From NCBI GenBank assembly GCA_964630005.1, contig CAZVSW010000002.1, forward strand, positions 1 to 36,009: DNA of 36,009 nt, read 5' to 3'. The stretch's first letter is position 1, and every line of letters starts with the position of its first letter. The notes under the pieces are model-generated. The model had not been told where the DNA came from and ran no database searches. It saw nothing but the letters and a program-made list of their open reading frames with translations. The DNA is from an uncultured Ruminococcus sp. (GTDB lineage Bacteria; Bacillota; Clostridia; Oscillospirales; CAG-382). Below are positions 1 through 8,595 of the stretch, piece by piece. Both the position numbers and the translations under genes were made by a program.

Positions 1-1011
1 GTTTGTACCGTCTTCGTTAGGAAACCATTCGCCGGGCTGGCGGTCGTAATCGAGATAAAGCATCGAAGCCACGGCGTCAACGCGCAGACCGTCGATGTGA
101 TATTTTTCAAGCCAGAACAGCGCGTTTGAGATAAGGAACGATTGCACCTCGTTACGCCCTACGTCAAAGGCGCGCGTGCCCCAGGATTTGTGCTCCATGC
201 GGTCTTCGCCCTGATATTCATAGCACGGACCGCCGTCGAATTCATAAAGCCCGTGCGCGTCCTTCGGAAAATGCGACGGAACCCAATCGAGTATTACGCC
301 GATGCCCTTTTTGTGGAAGGTGTCGACAAAATTCATAAATTCGTGCGGCGTGCCGAAACGCGATGTCGGCGCGTAGTAGCCGCAGACCTGATAGCCCCAG
401 CTTCCGTCAAACGGATGCTCTGTGATCGGAAGAATTTCTATATGTGTATAGCCCATATCGCGGACATATTCCGAAAGCTCGTCTGCGAGCTGAGTATATG
501 TATAATACGAACCGTCCGCGCCCCGTTTCCATGAGCCGAGGTGAACTTCATAAACGTTCATCGGCTTTGGTATCGGCACGTCGTTCATAAGGAAGGCGGC
601 GTTTTCCCTGCGCTTTTTCATGTACGCGCCGTCGTGCCATTTATAGCCCTCTATGTCATAATATATCGACGCGGTGTTACTCAGCGTTTCGGAAAAAAAG
701 GCGTAAGGGTCCGCTTTATAGCGGTCGATCCCGTTACGCTCAATAATGTATTTATACTTAGTGCCTTCGGCAAAATTCGCAGAATCGGGCAGTGTGATTT
801 CCCAGATTCCGCCCTTTGAGGTTCTGGACATGGGCATAGATTTACCCCCGTCGTTGAAATCGCCGCAAAGATATACCTTGTCTGCGTTAGGCGCCCACAC
901 TCTGAAGACAAACGACGAGCCGTTTTTGTGCGCTCCCATGTAATCAAAAGCGCGGAAATTCGTTCCCTCATGAAAGAGGTATTCGGCAAGGTTGTTGGAT
1001 TTGCCAGACAT
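1..1011 (-). CDS. glgB: 1,4-alpha-glucan branching enzyme (GH13), N-terminal 337 codons; C-terminal part lies outside the window
   Basis: Absent from the ORF track because it is open at the window edge. The reverse complement of 1..1011 is one open frame from ATG at 1011, with GGAGG (1023..1019) 7 nt upstream. It reads MSGKSNNLAEYLFHEGTNFRAFDYMGAH...VWAPNADKVYLCGDFND...NEVQSFLISNALFWLEKYHIDGLRVDAVASMLYLDYDRQPGEWFPNEDGTN, which contains the canonical GlgB/GH13 nucleophile region (DGLRVDAV). Confidence 0.9.
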   Translation of the reverse strand, partial: MSGKSNNLAEYLFHEGTNFRAFDYMGAHKNGSSFVFRVWAPNADKVYLCGDFNDGGKSMPMSRTSKGGIWEITLPDSANFAEGTKYKYIIERNGIDRYKADPYAFFSETLSNTASIYYDIEGYKWHDGAYMKKRRENAAFLMNDVPIPKPMNVYEVHLGSWKRGADGSYYTYTQLADELSEYVRDMGYTHIEILPITEHPFDGSWGYQVCGYYAPTSRFGTPHEFMNFVDTFHKKGIGVILDWVPSHFPKDAHGLYEFDGGPCYEYQGEDRMEHKSWGTRAFDVGRNEVQSFLISNALFWLEKYHIDGLRVDAVASMLYLDYDRQPGEWFPNEDGTN

Positions 1012-1333
1012 AATGAGTCCTCCGTGTTGCGATTATTTATGCCTGAAAACCCGGTGTTTATAGGCATTAATGAAGCTCAGGACAGCTTTAGCTGTGCTGA
1101 AGACGGCTTTTTTACCGACCGAGGCTTCATTTGTTAATAGGGTGTTAAAACATTTTGGTGATTCTATTATATCCCCATTCATTGAAAAAATCAAGAGTTT
1201 TTTACTACTTGCCGAAAAAATATTTGTATATTTTCACGTTTCGAAAAAATCGAAGCCGCTTACAGAACGAGATATTTAAGCCTTGATTATTTGTGATACG
1301 CATCGGCGGTGCGTTAGCAATATATACAATGCG

Positions 1334-2614
1334 CTATTTATCAACCTTTGCAAACAGCTTCCAGCCGACGTCCTTTTTATAGGCAAGCACAAGACCGTCC
1401 GAGCAGTTTGAAACATAATCGAATACAAACGGTATCACCGTTTCGCCGTTTCTGTCGATCATTCCGTACTTACCGTTTTGGTCGCATACCGCCGCAAGCC
1501 CTTCATAAAAAGGTTTTGCATAGGAGAATTCGGGCAGCGTTATCCATTCGAGGCGGCTTGTCATATATCCGTAGCGCCCGCTTTTTGCGAGGAGTATGCG
1601 CGAATCGGAGTAGGCAACTATGTCGTAATCAGACGGAAGGGCGATCGGATTTGCCGAAGAATCGACGAGCAACTCATCGGAAGTCTGGTCGCTGTTTATG
1701 CGCCGTACCCTGATGAGACCGTCGTCAAAATAGAAATATCCGAGCGCGTTTTCGCCTCTGCTTGTGGGGGGATAATAGTCCATGTTAACGGTTACGGCTT
1801 TGTTGTTATAAAATATCAGGCTTTCACCCAGATAATTCTTCAAAAGTACGCAGGCTACGCCTTCGTCGCCGAAAGCGAACGCTTCTTTGAACAAGGGCGA
1901 GATCACCACAAAGGCGGAGGTACGGTAGCCGAAAAGCCCGTTGTCGCCGCGAAAACGATAGATATCCTTGTTCTGAACGCCGAGATAGCGCGGATATTCG
2001 CAGGTAAAGCCGCGGTTATCGTTCTTGTCGTCGTAGTTTGACATTACGAGCGTGCCGCTTTCGCTGAGTATATAGTATTTGCCGCTTTCGCTGACAAACA
2101 GCGGTCGGCCGTCGCGGTCGCGCAGATTTGTGAGGGAAAAGCCCTCCGTCATAGACGCTATATCGTTGCCGCTTGGGGTGTAAATGTGCGTCACATCGTC
2201 TTTTTCGGTAATAAGATAGCCCATTCTGAGGCTCACAACACCGTCGGAGATTCCCTTGTATGACGAAATATCTACCAATTTAATAATATGTTTTTCGGCG
2301 TCAAACACGTCGTAGCTCGGTAAAGCGGGAGATGTCTGCTCAAAAGTCTTCATAGCGGCTTCAAAATCGTCCGTACTCTGACCCGGTTCTTCAGAGGCGT
2401 CGGGAGGTACGCTCGACGGCTCCTCGCTGCTTTCGGAAGCCGCCTCCGACGGGATCTCGGATTCGGCGGGATAGGCGCTGTATTCGGGCTCGTCCTTCGA
2501 AAGAAACGGAAGATTTCTCTCTGAAGCAAAAATGATGACGAATGCGGCGGCTGCGGCAAGTAGTACGCCGGCAAAGATTTTGCTTATTATGAAAATCAAA
2601 TTATTTTTAAGCAT
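1334..2614 (-). CDS. Membrane-anchored WG-repeat (KWG-type) protein with an acidic Ser/Glu/Pro-rich linker
   Basis: 426-aa ORF with an N-terminal TM helix (IFIISKIFAGVLLAAAAAFVIIFA) followed by a low-complexity SE/P stretch. C-terminal repeats such as GRYGYMTSRLEWITLPEFSYAKPFYEGLAAV and GKYGMIDRNGETVIPFVFDYV match the WG_beta_rep pattern. GGAG lies about 10 nt upstream of the ATG. Confidence 0.8.
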   Translation of the reverse strand: MLKNNLIFIISKIFAGVLLAAAAAFVIIFASERNLPFLSKDEPEYSAYPAESEIPSEAASESSEEPSSVPPDASEEPGQSTDDFEAAMKTFEQTSPALPSYDVFDAEKHIIKLVDISSYKGISDGVVSLRMGYLITEKDDVTHIYTPSGNDIASMTEGFSLTNLRDRDGRPLFVSESGKYYILSESGTLVMSNYDDKNDNRGFTCEYPRYLGVQNKDIYRFRGDNGLFGYRTSAFVVISPLFKEAFAFGDEGVACVLLKNYLGESLIFYNNKAVTVNMDYYPPTSRGENALGYFYFDDGLIRVRRINSDQTSDELLVDSSANPIALPSDYDIVAYSDSRILLAKSGRYGYMTSRLEWITLPEFSYAKPFYEGLAAVCDQNGKYGMIDRNGETVIPFVFDYVSNCSDGLVLAYKKDVGWKLFAKVDK

Positions 2615-2697
2615 CTCGAAATTACTCCAAAAAGTTTGATTAGAATTATTTTATCATTAAATGGAGCATTATTGCAAGCGGAAAATGTAAATAATAA

Positions 2698-2752
2698 ATC
2701 AAAGCGAAGACAAACTGCGTTTTTCTCCGCGAACCCCTCTTTCTCTGAGAGG
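2698..2752 (+). repeat. Intergenic repeat family 1, copy A (atcaaagcgaagacaaactgcgtttttctccgcgaacccctctttctctgagagg)
   Basis: The left half matches 19117..19149 at 29/33 positions. The right half matches the reverse complement of about 35950..35981 at 28/32 positions. The shared core is TTTTCTCC[G/C]C. Confidence 0.7.
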
Positions 2753-2845
2753 TGGCTTTGCCTTCAGTCAGAAAGCTTTTTCTTGCGTCGGCGCTGCTTT
2801 TTTACGAAGATTTTTAAATGGGATGAAAAAACTTGAGAAAAACTA

Positions 2846-2874
2846 TTTACAAAACCGGGATTGTGTGTTATAAT
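2846..2874 (+). promoter_or_regulatory. Sigma-A type promoter of rpsO (TTTACA-17-TATAAT with extended -10 TGn)
   Basis: TTTACA at 2846..2851, a 17-nt spacer, TG at 2866..2867 and TATAAT at 2869..2874. This leaves a leader of about 110 nt before the rpsO ATG. Confidence 0.75.
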
Positions 2875-2991
2875 AAAACCTGCGGCAAAATGCTCATGCA
2901 TTAATCTGCCTTTTTAGGAGTGCTCAGTAGCCGGTCAACTCCGTCCGCTGCCGGGCATATCCCGTATAATATCATTAAGGAGGAAAACACA

Positions 2992-3258
2992 ATGCTTCAG
3001 GGCGAAGTCAAGACAAACATCATCAAAGAATACGCAACTCACGAGGGCGACACCGGTTCTCCCGAGGTTCAGATCGCTATTCTCACCAACAGAATCACTT
3101 CCCTTACCGAACATCTCAAGGTCAACCCCAAGGATAACCATTCCCGCAGAGGTCTGTTCCAGATGGTCAGCAAGAGAAGAAAGTTCTTAAACTACCTCAT
3201 GAAGAACGATATCGAACGTTACCGTTCCATCGTTGAGCGCCTCGGTCTCAGAAAGTAA
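2992..3258 (+). CDS. rpsO: 30S ribosomal protein S15
   Basis: Track ORF 2920..3258 trimmed to ATG 2992, which is preceded by AAGGAGG (2978..2984). The 88-aa product [69 protein letters not shown] is a typical S15. Confidence 0.95.
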   Translation: MLQGEVKTNIIKEYATHEGDTGSPEVQIAILTNRITSLTEHLKVNPKDNHSRRGLFQMVSKRRKFLNYLMKNDIERYRSIVERLGLRK

Positions 3259-3289
3259 TTTCAAAGCCGTCGCAGTTTTTCGCAGTGAA

Positions 3290-3326
3290 GGGGCTGCAGG
3301 CAAGTCGATGATTTGCGTGCAGCCCC
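3290..3326 (+). promoter_or_regulatory. rpsO-pnp intergenic stem-loop (partial terminator or processing site)
   Basis: GGGGCTGCA (3290..3298) pairs with TGCAGCCCC (3318..3326), and an inner GCAA/TTGC pairing is possible. No T-tract follows, so read-through into pnp is plausible. Confidence 0.5.
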
Positions 3327-3509
3327 ATCAGTTAAGTATGCAGCCAGCATCGGTTTTTCCCGTCTGTCTGCTAAAAAACGGATATGAGCGAGTGCGTTTA
3401 GCAGTTAAATATCCATCCGTGACGCGGGTCGTTATTTAAGTGTTAAACCTACTTGCTCTTCCGGTGATTTTTTGTTCGCGCAAGTCGCGAAAAAGAAAGG
3501 AAGAAAGAA

Positions 3510-5615
3510 ATGTTCGAAAATTACAGAACCTTTAAGTATGATTTCGCCGGCAGACCTCTTATTATCGAAACCGGCAAAATCGCTCAGCTGTCGAACGGCT
3601 CATGCCTTGTTCGATACGGCGATACAGTTATCCTCGCCAACGCAACCGCTTCCGCCGCCCCCAGAGACGGCATCGATTTTTTGCCGCTTTCCGTTGATTA
3701 CGAAGAAAGACTCTATGCTGTCGGCAAGATTCCCGGCTCTTTCCTTAAGAGAGAAGGCCGCCCTTCCGAAAAAGCAATTCTCACCAGCCGCGTTATCGAC
3801 AGACCTATCCGCCCGCTCTTCCCCAAGGATCTGCGTAATGATATCGTTCTTTCGCTTATGGTCATGTCTGTCGACCCCGATTGCTCGCCCGAAATTACCG
3901 CAATGATCGGTGCGTCCATCGCACTTACCATTTCCGATATTCCGTGGAACGGACCTATCGGCGGCGTATTCGTCGGTCTTGTCGACGGTAAGATCGTAAT
4001 GAACCCCACCGCAGCCGAGAGAGCCAAGAGCGATCTTGAGCTTACCGTTGCCGCTTCTGCCGAAAAGGTCGTTATGATCGAAGCAGGCGCAAAAGAAGTT
4101 GACGACGATACGATGTATGAAGCCATCATGAAGGCTCATGAGACTATCAAGCCCCTTGTCAAGTTCATCAATGATATCCGCGCTGAGATCGGTAAAGAAA
4201 AATTTGCATATCCTTCCTGCGAAATCGACCACGACATGTTCGATCGCATTGAAGCTCTTGTCGGCGAAGACGTAAAGCTCGCCCTTGATACCGACGATAA
4301 GAAGATCAGAGACGAACGTCTCCAGCCCCTTTACGACAAGGTTTTTGCCGATCTTGAAGAGGATTATCCCGATAGCAAGGTCATGATAAACGAGTGCATG
4401 TATAAGCTCCAGAAGAAGATCGTCCGCGAATGGCTCAAGCGCGATAAGCGCCGTGTCGACGGCAGACGTATGGATCAGATCCGCCCGCTTGCCGCAGAGG
4501 TCAACCTTCTTCCCAGAACTCACGGTTCTGCACTGTTTACCAGAGGTCAGACCCAGGTCATGACAGTCGCAACTCTTGCTCCGCTCAGAGAAGCTCAGCT
4601 CCTTGACGGCATCGACGAGGAAGAGACCAAGAGATATATGCATCACTATAATATGCCCGGTTATTCAACCGGTGAAGCAAAGGCTTCCCGTTCCCCCGGC
4701 AGACGTGAGATCGGACACGGCGCTCTTGCCGGAAGATCTCTCGAACCCGTTCTTCCTTCTGTTGAAGAATTCCCCTATGCAATAAGACTTGTTTCCGAAG
4801 TCGTTTCTTCAAACGGATCTACTTCTCAGGCTTCTGTCTGCGGCTCTACACTTGCTCTTATGGATGCAGGCGTTCCGATCACCGCTCCCGTTGCCGGTAT
4901 TTCCTGCGGTCTTATCACCGATGATGACGGAAGCTGGGCAACAATGATCGATATTCAGGGTCTTGAAGACTTCTTCGGCGATATGGACTTTAAGGTTGCA
5001 GGTACCAAAAAAGGTATCACCGCAATTCAGATGGACCTTAAGATCGACGGTCTTACACCCGAAATCATCAAGAATGCGCTTGAAACTACCCGCAAGGGAA
5101 GATTCTATATAATCGACGACATCATCCTTCCCTGCATCTCCGAACCCCGTTCCGACGTTTCGAAGTATGCACCCAAGATGATCTCCACCAAGATCGAACC
5201 CGATAAGATCCGTGAAGTTATCGGTACAGGCGGTAAGGTCATTCAGAAGATCTGCGCCGATACCGGTGCGCAGATCGATATCGAAGACGACGGCAGCGTG
5301 TTCATTGCCGCTGTTGATAAGCGTGCCGCTTATAAGGCGCTCGATATCATCAACGCCATCGTTTCCGACCCCGAACCCGGTGCGATTTATACCGGTAAGG
5401 TCACCGGAATCATACCGATCGGCTGCTTTGTCGAATACGCTCCCGGTAAGGAGGGCTTGGTTCATATTTCCAAGCTCGATACAAAGCGTGTCGAAAAGGT
5501 TGAAGATGTTGTTCACATCGGCGACGAGATCAAGGTTATGGTTCTCGGCGTTGATAATAAGGGCAGGATCAATCTTTCCCGCCGTGACGCTCTCGAAGTC
5601 TACGACGAGGAATAA
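3510..5615 (+). CDS. pnp: Polyribonucleotide nucleotidyltransferase (PNPase)
   Basis: 701-aa ORF with GAAAGGAAG upstream. It has two RNase PH-like domains (..HGSALFTRGQTQ.., ..FGDMDFKVAGT..), a KH region (IREVIGTGGKVIQKI) and an S1 domain (GKVTGIIPIGCFVEYAPGKEGLVHISKL). Confidence 0.97.
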   Translation: MFENYRTFKYDFAGRPLIIETGKIAQLSNGSCLVRYGDTVILANATASAAPRDGIDFLPLSVDYEERLYAVGKIPGSFLKREGRPSEKAILTSRVIDRPIRPLFPKDLRNDIVLSLMVMSVDPDCSPEITAMIGASIALTISDIPWNGPIGGVFVGLVDGKIVMNPTAAERAKSDLELTVAASAEKVVMIEAGAKEVDDDTMYEAIMKAHETIKPLVKFINDIRAEIGKEKFAYPSCEIDHDMFDRIEALVGEDVKLALDTDDKKIRDERLQPLYDKVFADLEEDYPDSKVMINECMYKLQKKIVREWLKRDKRRVDGRRMDQIRPLAAEVNLLPRTHGSALFTRGQTQVMTVATLAPLREAQLLDGIDEEETKRYMHHYNMPGYSTGEAKASRSPGRREIGHGALAGRSLEPVLPSVEEFPYAIRLVSEVVSSNGSTSQASVCGSTLALMDAGVPITAPVAGISCGLITDDDGSWATMIDIQGLEDFFGDMDFKVAGTKKGITAIQMDLKIDGLTPEIIKNALETTRKGRFYIIDDIILPCISEPRSDVSKYAPKMISTKIEPDKIREVIGTGGKVIQKICADTGAQIDIEDDGSVFIAAVDKRAAYKALDIINAIVSDPEPGAIYTGKVTGIIPIGCFVEYAPGKEGLVHISKLDTKRVEKVEDVVHIGDEIKVMVLGVDNKGRINLSRRDALEVYDEE

Positions 5616-5631
5616 TACTGATAAAAATTAC

Positions 5632-5664
5632 GGCGCAAGGGAATTTCCCTTGCGCCTCGTTTTT
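5632..5664 (+). terminator. Rho-independent terminator after pnp
   Basis: GGCGCAAGGGA / TCCCTTGCGCC stem with a 3-nt loop, followed by TCGTTTTT. Confidence 0.85.
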
Positions 5665-5725
5665 AATCATACAACAACTGTAATATGGACGTTAAGACAA
5701 GCATAGCATTGTAACGGTGATTATT

Positions 5726-6970
5726 ATGAAGACAAAAGTAATACTGTGCATTCTCTGCACTTTGACGGCGCTGAGTCTTTCCTCATGCGTAAGAGACGCG
5801 GCGCGCGGAGCGTCGTGCCTTCTTTTCGGCGGCGTTTCCGATACTGCCGTCAATGCTACGGCAAGCGAAACCGACATGTCGGATGAAAGAGAGGAGAGAA
5901 ATGTGATCAACTATAACTATGTAAAAGCCGTTTGGGTTAGCCAGTTTGATATGGCGGCTGTTTTTCGTCAAAACGAAAGCGGCTACACTTATTCGGTAAA
6001 GAAAATGATTTCGAATCTGAAATCCGACGGAATAAACACAGTCATCTTCCAGATACGCCCTTACGGCGACAGCTTCTATGACAGCGAATATTATCCTGAC
6101 TCCCGATTCACTTCGTCGTGTAGCTTTGATGCGGTGGGAATATTCGTCGACGAATGCCACGCAAACGATATCTCGGTACATGCCTGGATAAATCCTTACC
6201 GTCTCGAAACGGAAGATAATATTGATATCGCAAGCTATTTCGGCATGGATCTTTGCAAATGGGAGGGAAGATATTACCTTGATCCTTCCGATGAAAGAGC
6301 AAAACGGCTCATCTGCGACGGTGCGCGCGAAGCGCTTTTGAGATATGAGTTTGACGGTCTGCATATGGACGACTATTTTTACCCGACCTCAGACCCCGCT
6401 TTCGATGAAAAAAGCTTTTCGGTCTCGGGCGAAGAAGATCTCAGAAGCTTCAGGGAAAACAGCGTGAACGATCTGGTAAAAAGGCTTTACTCCACCGTTA
6501 AATCGGTCGACAGCCGCCTTCTTTACGGAATCTCCCCTGCCGGAAATATAAACAGCGTCAGGAAAGTATACTACGCTGACGTCGAGAAATGGTGCTCCGG
6601 CAGCGGATATATCGACTATATCATGCCGCAGGTCTATTTTGGCTTTCTTCACGCCAGCTGCCCGTTTGACAAAACCGTTGACGCCTGGGGCGGTATCGTG
6701 AAAAACCCCGACATAAAGCTTATCGTCGGCATGACCTTAAGCAAGGCATGTTCAGGAGAGATAGACGGCTACGCCGGTACAGATGAGGGCAAGAACGAAT
6801 GGCTCAATAACAGCGATGTGATAGCCAGATCACTGCGGTATGTATATTCTTCAAAAAATTGCAGCGGCATATCACTGTTTTGCTATCAGTATCTGTACGA
6901 TCCGGTCAGCGGCAGCGAAAATCCGCTCATCGTCAAAGAAAAGCATAACTTTTCGTCCCTTCTGAAGTAA
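5726..6970 (+). CDS. Glycoside-hydrolase-like family 10 (GHL10/YngK-like, DUF187) lipoprotein
   Basis: Track ORF starts at GTG 5717. ATG 5726 gives MKTKVILCILCTLTALSLSSC, a lipobox signal. GHL10 motifs are present: AVWVSQFDM, INTVIFQIRPYGDSFYDSEYYP, VHAWINPYR, YYLDPSDERAKR..YEFDGLHMDDYFYP. The start codon choice is uncertain by 3 codons. Confidence 0.8.
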   Translation: MKTKVILCILCTLTALSLSSCVRDAARGASCLLFGGVSDTAVNATASETDMSDEREERNVINYNYVKAVWVSQFDMAAVFRQNESGYTYSVKKMISNLKSDGINTVIFQIRPYGDSFYDSEYYPDSRFTSSCSFDAVGIFVDECHANDISVHAWINPYRLETEDNIDIASYFGMDLCKWEGRYYLDPSDERAKRLICDGAREALLRYEFDGLHMDDYFYPTSDPAFDEKSFSVSGEEDLRSFRENSVNDLVKRLYSTVKSVDSRLLYGISPAGNINSVRKVYYADVEKWCSGSGYIDYIMPQVYFGFLHASCPFDKTVDAWGGIVKNPDIKLIVGMTLSKACSGEIDGYAGTDEGKNEWLNNSDVIARSLRYVYSSKNCSGISLFCYQYLYDPVSGSENPLIVKEKHNFSSLLK

Positions 6971-7028
6971 TAAAACGCGTTACTCTGACATAAAGTTAAA
7001 TAAAAAAATGTGTGGGAGTAATACGGAT

Positions 7029-8528
7029 ATGAAATCAAATTTACAGACGATAAGCATACCGAAGCTTATAAAACCTGAACGCTGCTTCAAGGATATCGAA
7101 CTTGAAGGGGTACTTCCGGACTATTCACCGGATATATCGAGGCTTGTTCGCGTGGATGCTTCGCCGTATATTGAAAGCGTGAAATGCGATACCAAATGTG
7201 AGATAAGCGGCAGAATAATATTCGGACTGCTTTACGAGAGCGACTACAAATCAAAGCTTGCGTACACCACCTTTCAAACGCCGTTTGAGCTTAAATGTGA
7301 CCATGTTCCGGCGAAGGAGAGTTATCCTGACATGAAATGCGAGTGTACATACCTCACATGCCGCCTGCTCGGACAGCGCAAGGTATCTGTAAAAGCGAAG
7401 ATCGACGCTTCGGTCTCCGGAACACAGGTCGACGATTTTACTGTTGTCGAGCCGGATAGCGGCGACCTGAATATGTTCTTTAAAACGAGCGAGATGAATG
7501 TTTCGCTTCCTGTCGCAAGGACCGAGGCCGTGGCAGAGGTCAAAGAAAATATCAGGCTTGACGAAGCGGTGGCCTCTGTGATATACGCTCAGGCTGTCTT
7601 CGCTCCGGCTGAAACAGAGGCGTTTGACACATCTGCTTCCGTAAAGTCAAGCATGGCGCTGAACGCGCTTTGCGAATTGCCTGACGGAAGTTATAAGATG
7701 ATCTCCAAGAATGTCCCTATCGAGGTCTCAGTAAAAAGCGATGCCATAAACAGCGACTGCGAACTCGACGCCGCAGTAGATTATTCGGAGCTGAGCGCCG
7801 TTGCCGATCTCGATGAATATGGCGAAAATAAGATCATCAACATGAAATGTACGCTGAGGGCGACGGCAACGGTGAGAAAAAATTCCAAACTGGTGCTCCC
7901 GGTCGACGCGTTCAACCGTAAGCATTCGTGCAAATGCGTTTGTAGTGACGCATCGATCGACGCCTATGTGCCTCAGACCGGAAAAACAGTGTCGATCGAA
8001 CGAAGCCATGCTACCGAGGGCGATCTTACCGCGGTTTTGGGCTCGACGTCTTCGTATGAAATAACAGAAATGCACCAAAGCGGCGATATGCTGAGCATCA
8101 AAGGTAAGGTGAAGACCGATGTGCTTGCGCAAAGCGGCGAGTCGGTCGTCAGCCGTACGTTTTCCGATGAATTCGAAGACAGTATGCCATATTCGGGCGA
8201 CGGCGAACCGGTGTTTATCGATGTTTCTGTGTTTGAATCCAAAGCGGAGCTTTACGGCGACGCGCTCAATATACGGACGATGGCGTTCATCAAACCCGAA
8301 TATACCGAAAGAAAACAGCTCACTATTCTCACATCAGTTGAGCTCGGAGAGGCGGAAGAGGCGCAAAGCCACGGCTTCAGATTCTATTATCCCGATCAGA
8401 ATGAAACGCTTTGGGATATAGCAAAAAAGTATCACGCAGACCCCGAAAGGCTGAAAAACGACAACGCCGATTATCTGAGCGACGACGGTAAACTCGTCGG
8501 CAAGAGATATCTCTGTATTAAAGCATAA
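7029..8528 (+). CDS. SPOCS (DUF3794)-repeat protein with C-terminal LysM domain, SipL-like sporulation protein
   Basis: Track ORF 7008..8528. ATG 7029 has GGGAG about 8 nt upstream. The N-terminus shows a DUF3794-like pattern (LPDYSPDISRLVRVDASPYIESVKCDTKCEISGRIIFGLLYESD). The C-terminus (YYPDQNETLWDIAKKYHADPERLKNDNADYL) looks like LysM. Size (about 500 aa) and architecture match Clostridioides difficile SipL. Confidence 0.65.
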   Translation: MKSNLQTISIPKLIKPERCFKDIELEGVLPDYSPDISRLVRVDASPYIESVKCDTKCEISGRIIFGLLYESDYKSKLAYTTFQTPFELKCDHVPAKESYPDMKCECTYLTCRLLGQRKVSVKAKIDASVSGTQVDDFTVVEPDSGDLNMFFKTSEMNVSLPVARTEAVAEVKENIRLDEAVASVIYAQAVFAPAETEAFDTSASVKSSMALNALCELPDGSYKMISKNVPIEVSVKSDAINSDCELDAAVDYSELSAVADLDEYGENKIINMKCTLRATATVRKNSKLVLPVDAFNRKHSCKCVCSDASIDAYVPQTGKTVSIERSHATEGDLTAVLGSTSSYEITEMHQSGDMLSIKGKVKTDVLAQSGESVVSRTFSDEFEDSMPYSGDGEPVFIDVSVFESKAELYGDALNIRTMAFIKPEYTERKQLTILTSVELGEAEEAQSHGFRFYYPDQNETLWDIAKKYHADPERLKNDNADYLSDDGKLVGKRYLCIKA

Positions 8529-8537
8529 AAACTTTTT

Positions 8538-8567
8538 CCGGGGGACAGCACTATGTGTTTCCCCCGG
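8538..8567 (+). terminator. Hairpin terminator after the SipL-like gene
   Basis: CCGGGGGA (8538..8545) pairs with TCCCCCGG (8560..8567) around a 14-nt loop. The T-tail that follows (ATTGTTGATT) is weak. Confidence 0.55.
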
Positions 8568-8595
8568 ATTGTTGATTAGGAAAAAAGCAGTAAAT

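Noticed and set aside
142-819. Plus-strand ORFs 142..534 and 541..819, and minus-strand ORF 681..1067.
   Set aside because: They overlap the open minus-strand glgB frame (1..1011), whose translation has unmistakable GH13/GlgB motifs. ORF 681..1067 is in a different frame from glgB.
1166-1194. Possible glgB promoter on the minus strand (TTGATT-17-TATAAT).
   Set aside because: The sequence match is plausible, but it would imply a 5' UTR of about 155 nt, and the region is generally AT-rich. The support is too weak to list as a feature.
3600-4646. 348-aa ORF antisense to pnp. The same applies to the other long antisense ORFs at 4809..5516, 17122..18009, 20192..21865, 23570..24679, 30243..30833, 31585..32613, 32486..33268 and 33302..33943.
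   Set aside because: Each lies fully inside a confidently identified gene on the other strand. None has an RBS or recognisable motifs, and their composition is low-complexity and Arg/Ala/Gly/Val-rich, as expected for shadow frames of GC-balanced coding DNA.
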